From: Chiloscyllium plagiosum
Taxonomy: Eukaryota
Assembly (NCBI RefSeq): GCF_004010195.1
Contig: NC_057720.1
Coordinates: 14,412,381 to 14,475,302 of the forward strand
Reading direction: 5' to 3'
DNA length: 62,922 nucleotides
Positions within the stretch are counted from its first letter, which is position 1, and each line of letters starts with the position of its first letter. The notes below the pieces were generated by a model. It was given only the letters and a program-made list of their open reading frames with translations. It made no database searches and had not been told where the DNA came from. Of this stretch, positions 59,905 through 62,922 are shown piece by piece. The translations under genes and the position numbers were made by a program.

Positions 59905-60426
59905 AGTGTATCATGACGGCAAATATCCTTGCCAACTTTTATAGGTGTGCCATCGAGAGCATTCTGTCTGAATGTCTCACTATCTGGTATGGCAACTGTA
60001 CCATTCAAGATCAGAGACGGTTACAGAGAGTGGTGAACTCGGCCCGGACAATCACAAAGGCCAACATCCCATCTATAGAATCCACCTACCAGGCCCGCTG
60101 TCAGGGAAAGGCTGCAGCATTCTTAAAGATCCAACCCACCCTGGCAATGTTTTTCTACAACCTCTATCATCGAGGAGAAGGTACCAGAAGCCTGAACACA
60201 CGCACCAGCCGGTTTCGAAACAGTTTCTACCCTCCTGTTGTTAGAATACTGAATGGATTCACAAACTCTTAACATTCACCTGCATTACCAAAGTACTGTT
60301 TTTGCTTTTGCCGCTGTTTACCTATTATTCACTATCTATGCTACTTAACTCTGTGATCTGCCTGTATTGCTCACAAGACAAAGCTTTTCACTGTGCCTCG
60401 GTACACGTGACAATAAATTCAATTCA
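59905..60426 (+). mobile_element. Rex1/Babar LINE 3' end
   Basis: NFYRCAIESILS.CLTIWYGNC..LQRVV..RFRNSFYP; GTGACAATAAA followed by (ATTCA)n. Confidence 0.9.
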
Positions 60427-60740
60427 TCTGCTTCAGTGTTGCTGCAACACTTGTGGTGGCGAATATTACAAGGTAGGTAGCAGTTGTCATCTGGGAAAAT
60501 ACCACACGAACTATTTGGCTCGGACAGGTAAATCACCCAAACACGTTGAAACAATCTTGCCGATAGTCTTCACTCTTTCTTGCAGAACAAGATGACATAA
60601 AACAGCAAAGAACTGCCTAGGGTCAGGCCTTGCTGCATTACCATTGGTGTAACATGGTGTATAAACACTAGTTCAGATAGGAACCCAGAAGTCGAATATT
60701 GAGGCAAAACAGAACAGTGAATAAAGTTGGCGTGAAAGTT

Positions 60741-61027
60741 TTAGATTACTTACGGTGTGGAAACAGGCTGTTCAGTCCAACAAGTCCACACCAACCCTCC
60801 CAGACCCATTCCCCTACATGTACCCCTTCACCTAACACTATGGGCAATTGAGCATAGCCAATTCACCTAACCTGCCCATGTTTAGACTGTGGGAGGAACC
60901 CACACAGACACAGAACCCACAGGGAGAACGTGCAAACTCCACACAGACAGTTGCCTGAGGCGGGAATTGAACCCAGGTCTCTGGCGCTGTGAGGCAGCAG
61001 TGCTAACCACTGTGCCACTGTGTCACC
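60741..61027 (-). mobile_element. HE1-type SINE
   Basis: Reverse complement of the SINE. Confidence 0.92.
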
Positions 61028-61644
61028 TGGCTTCTGTGATGGTTTGATTTCAGTACTTTGGTAATGCAACTAAAGGCTTTTGACCGAGAACAAGCTTTTT
61101 GGACCGAGATATAGAAAACCCATTCAGCCGACTGCAAAAGTCCATCAAAACATGTTTATGTGAACTCCAAAATCACAGGTACTCACTCTGCAGTGAACAA
61201 AAACCAAAAACACCTCACCTGAAAGTTGAACACTGATGCATTTAAATGGGACTGGTTAAGGAGGGAGACAGCCCTTAAGCAACTGAATGTGCAGTTTGCC
61301 TGCACATGTTTCAGAGGGGGGTATCAGCAAACGACTCAACCCCGCTCCCAGGGGCCTGCCCTGAATTAGAGACAGACGTGTTTTTAATAACTGCTCTGAG
61401 GCCTTTTCTGGCCACTCATCCTGTTGTTGCTGATCTACAACAGATTGCCTAGGTCTCTCCCTCATTGTGGATCTTCAGGTTATGTCACCATGTCATTCAG
61501 GTGTAATGTTGCATATGAAGTTAGCCCCACCTACTTTTAGTGGAAGTCTTCCCCAGAGCCTGAGACCCAGGATGTAGCATCCTGGAGACAAACCTTAGGA
61601 ATTTAACCCCTTTCACGACCAGTCAAGGATTAAAATCAGGTCTG

Positions 61645-62105
61645 AGAGTCATACAGCACTTTTCGTCCAACTCGGCCAAGCTAACTACATTTCCCAACTA
61701 GTCCCACTCGCCTGTGTTGGCCTATACCCTTCTAAACCTTTCCTAATCACATACCTGTCCAAATATCATTGAAATGTTGTCACTTACATGCATCTTCTGG
61801 CAGATCATTCCATTGTCAAGAGTGTGGTGCTGGAAAAGAGCAGCACGTCAGGCAGCATCCAAGGAGCAGGAGAAACCATGTTTTAGGGCATGACTGATAA
61901 AGGAACTCCCGACTCTGATCTCCGGAATCAGCAGACCTCACTTTTTCCCGGTGCATTCCACACACTAAAACTCTCTGTGCAAAAACGTTGGCCCTCAGGT
62001 CCCTTCCAAATATTTCTCCTCTCATCTTAAATATATGCACCTTAGTTTTAAACTCCACCAACCTAGGGAGAAGATCCTTGCTATTTACCTTATCTACATC
62101 TCTCT
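61645..62105 (-). mobile_element. Old CR1 3' fragment with a PLE insertion (about 61814-61953)
   Basis: FKMRGEIFGRDLRANVFAQRV; CATTCCA on both sides of the PLE piece. Confidence 0.75.
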
Positions 62106-62108
62106 ATA

Positions 62109-62922
62109 TGAGGGCAGTGAGCCCTGGAGCAGTGTGTGGGCAGTGAGCCCTGGAGCAGTGTGAGGGCAGTGAGCCCTGGAGCAGTGTGTGGGCAGTGGGT
62201 CCTGGAGCAGTGTGCGGGCAGTGAGTCCTGGAGAAGTGTGTGGGCAGTGGGTCCTGGAGCAGTGTGTGGGCAGTGAGTCCTGGAGCAGTGTGCGGGCAGT
62301 GAGTCCTGGAGCAGTGTGAGGGCAGTGGGTCCTGGAGCAGTGAGTGGGCAGTGGGTCCTGGAGCAGTGTGTGGGCAGTGAGTCCTGGAGCAGTGTGTGGG
62401 CAGTGGGCCCTGGAGGAGTGTGTGGACAGTGAGTCCTGGAGCAGTGTGTGGGAAGTGAGTCCTGGAGCAGTGTGTGGGCAGTGTGTCCTGGAGCAGTGTG
62501 TGGGCAGTGAGTCCTGGAGCAATGTGTGGGCAGTGAGTCCTGGAGCAGTGTGTGGACAGTGGGTCCTGGAGCAATGTGTGGGCAGTGGGACCTGGAGCAG
62601 TGTCTGGGCACTGAGTCCTGGAGCAGTATGTGGACAGTGGGTCCTGGAGCAGTGTGTGGGCAGTGAGTCCTGGAGCAGTGTGTGGGCTGTGAGTCCTGGA
62701 GCAGTGTGTGGGCATTGGCCCCTGGAGCAATGTGTGGGCAGTGGGACCTGGAGCAGTGTGTGGGCAGTGGGTCCTGGAGCAGTGTGTGGACAGTGAGTCC
62801 TGGAGCAGTGTGTGGGCAGTGAGTCCTGGAGCAGTGTGTAGCCAGTGAGTCCTGGAGCAGTGTGTGGGCATTGGCCCCTGGAGCAATGTGTGGGCAGTGG
62901 GACCTGGAGCAGTGTGTGGGCA
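62109..62922. repeat. 26-bp G-rich minisatellite, at least 31 copies, running off the end of the window
   Basis: Unit CCTGGAGCAGTGTGTGGGCAGTGAGT. Confidence 0.97.

Noticed and set aside
62090..62886. Long Cys/His-rich ORFs resembling zinc-finger or keratin-associated proteins
   Set aside because: Artefact of the 26-bp repeat, which is open in multiple frames on both strands

Overview
Vertebrate genomic DNA, inferred to be from a shark or ray because it is dense in HE1-type tRNA-derived SINEs and HER1/CR1 LINEs. The window looks intergenic or intronic, and I recognise no host protein-coding gene. Most of it is transposable-element debris, often nested and resolvable by target-site duplications (TSDs). 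Non-LTR elements include several CR1 families (one apparently full-length copy at 14578-19964), a distinct CR1/L2-group LINE, Rex1/Babar pieces, an L1/Tx1 fragment, about 11 HE1-type SINE copies and Deu-domain SINEs. LTR elements include a decayed Gmr1-like Gypsy element, two solo LTRs and a heavily deleted class I endogenous retrovirus remnant. There are also many Penelope-like element (PLE) fragments, two G-rich minisatellites with higher-order structure, and four assembly gaps. The most notable signals are: (i) recurrent minimal hammerhead-ribozyme motifs in two PLE lineages, with compensatory stem changes between copies; (ii) the retroviral remnant, with a 43-bp hairpin and a putative env splice acceptor and signal peptide; (iii) a consensus-spliceable intron and a YY1-like motif in the CR1 5' UTR; and (iv) TE-free islands that look like conserved non-coding elements. 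I found no evidence for a wholly new biological system. Family names come from motif recognition rather than database searches, and boundaries without a TSD are approximate.
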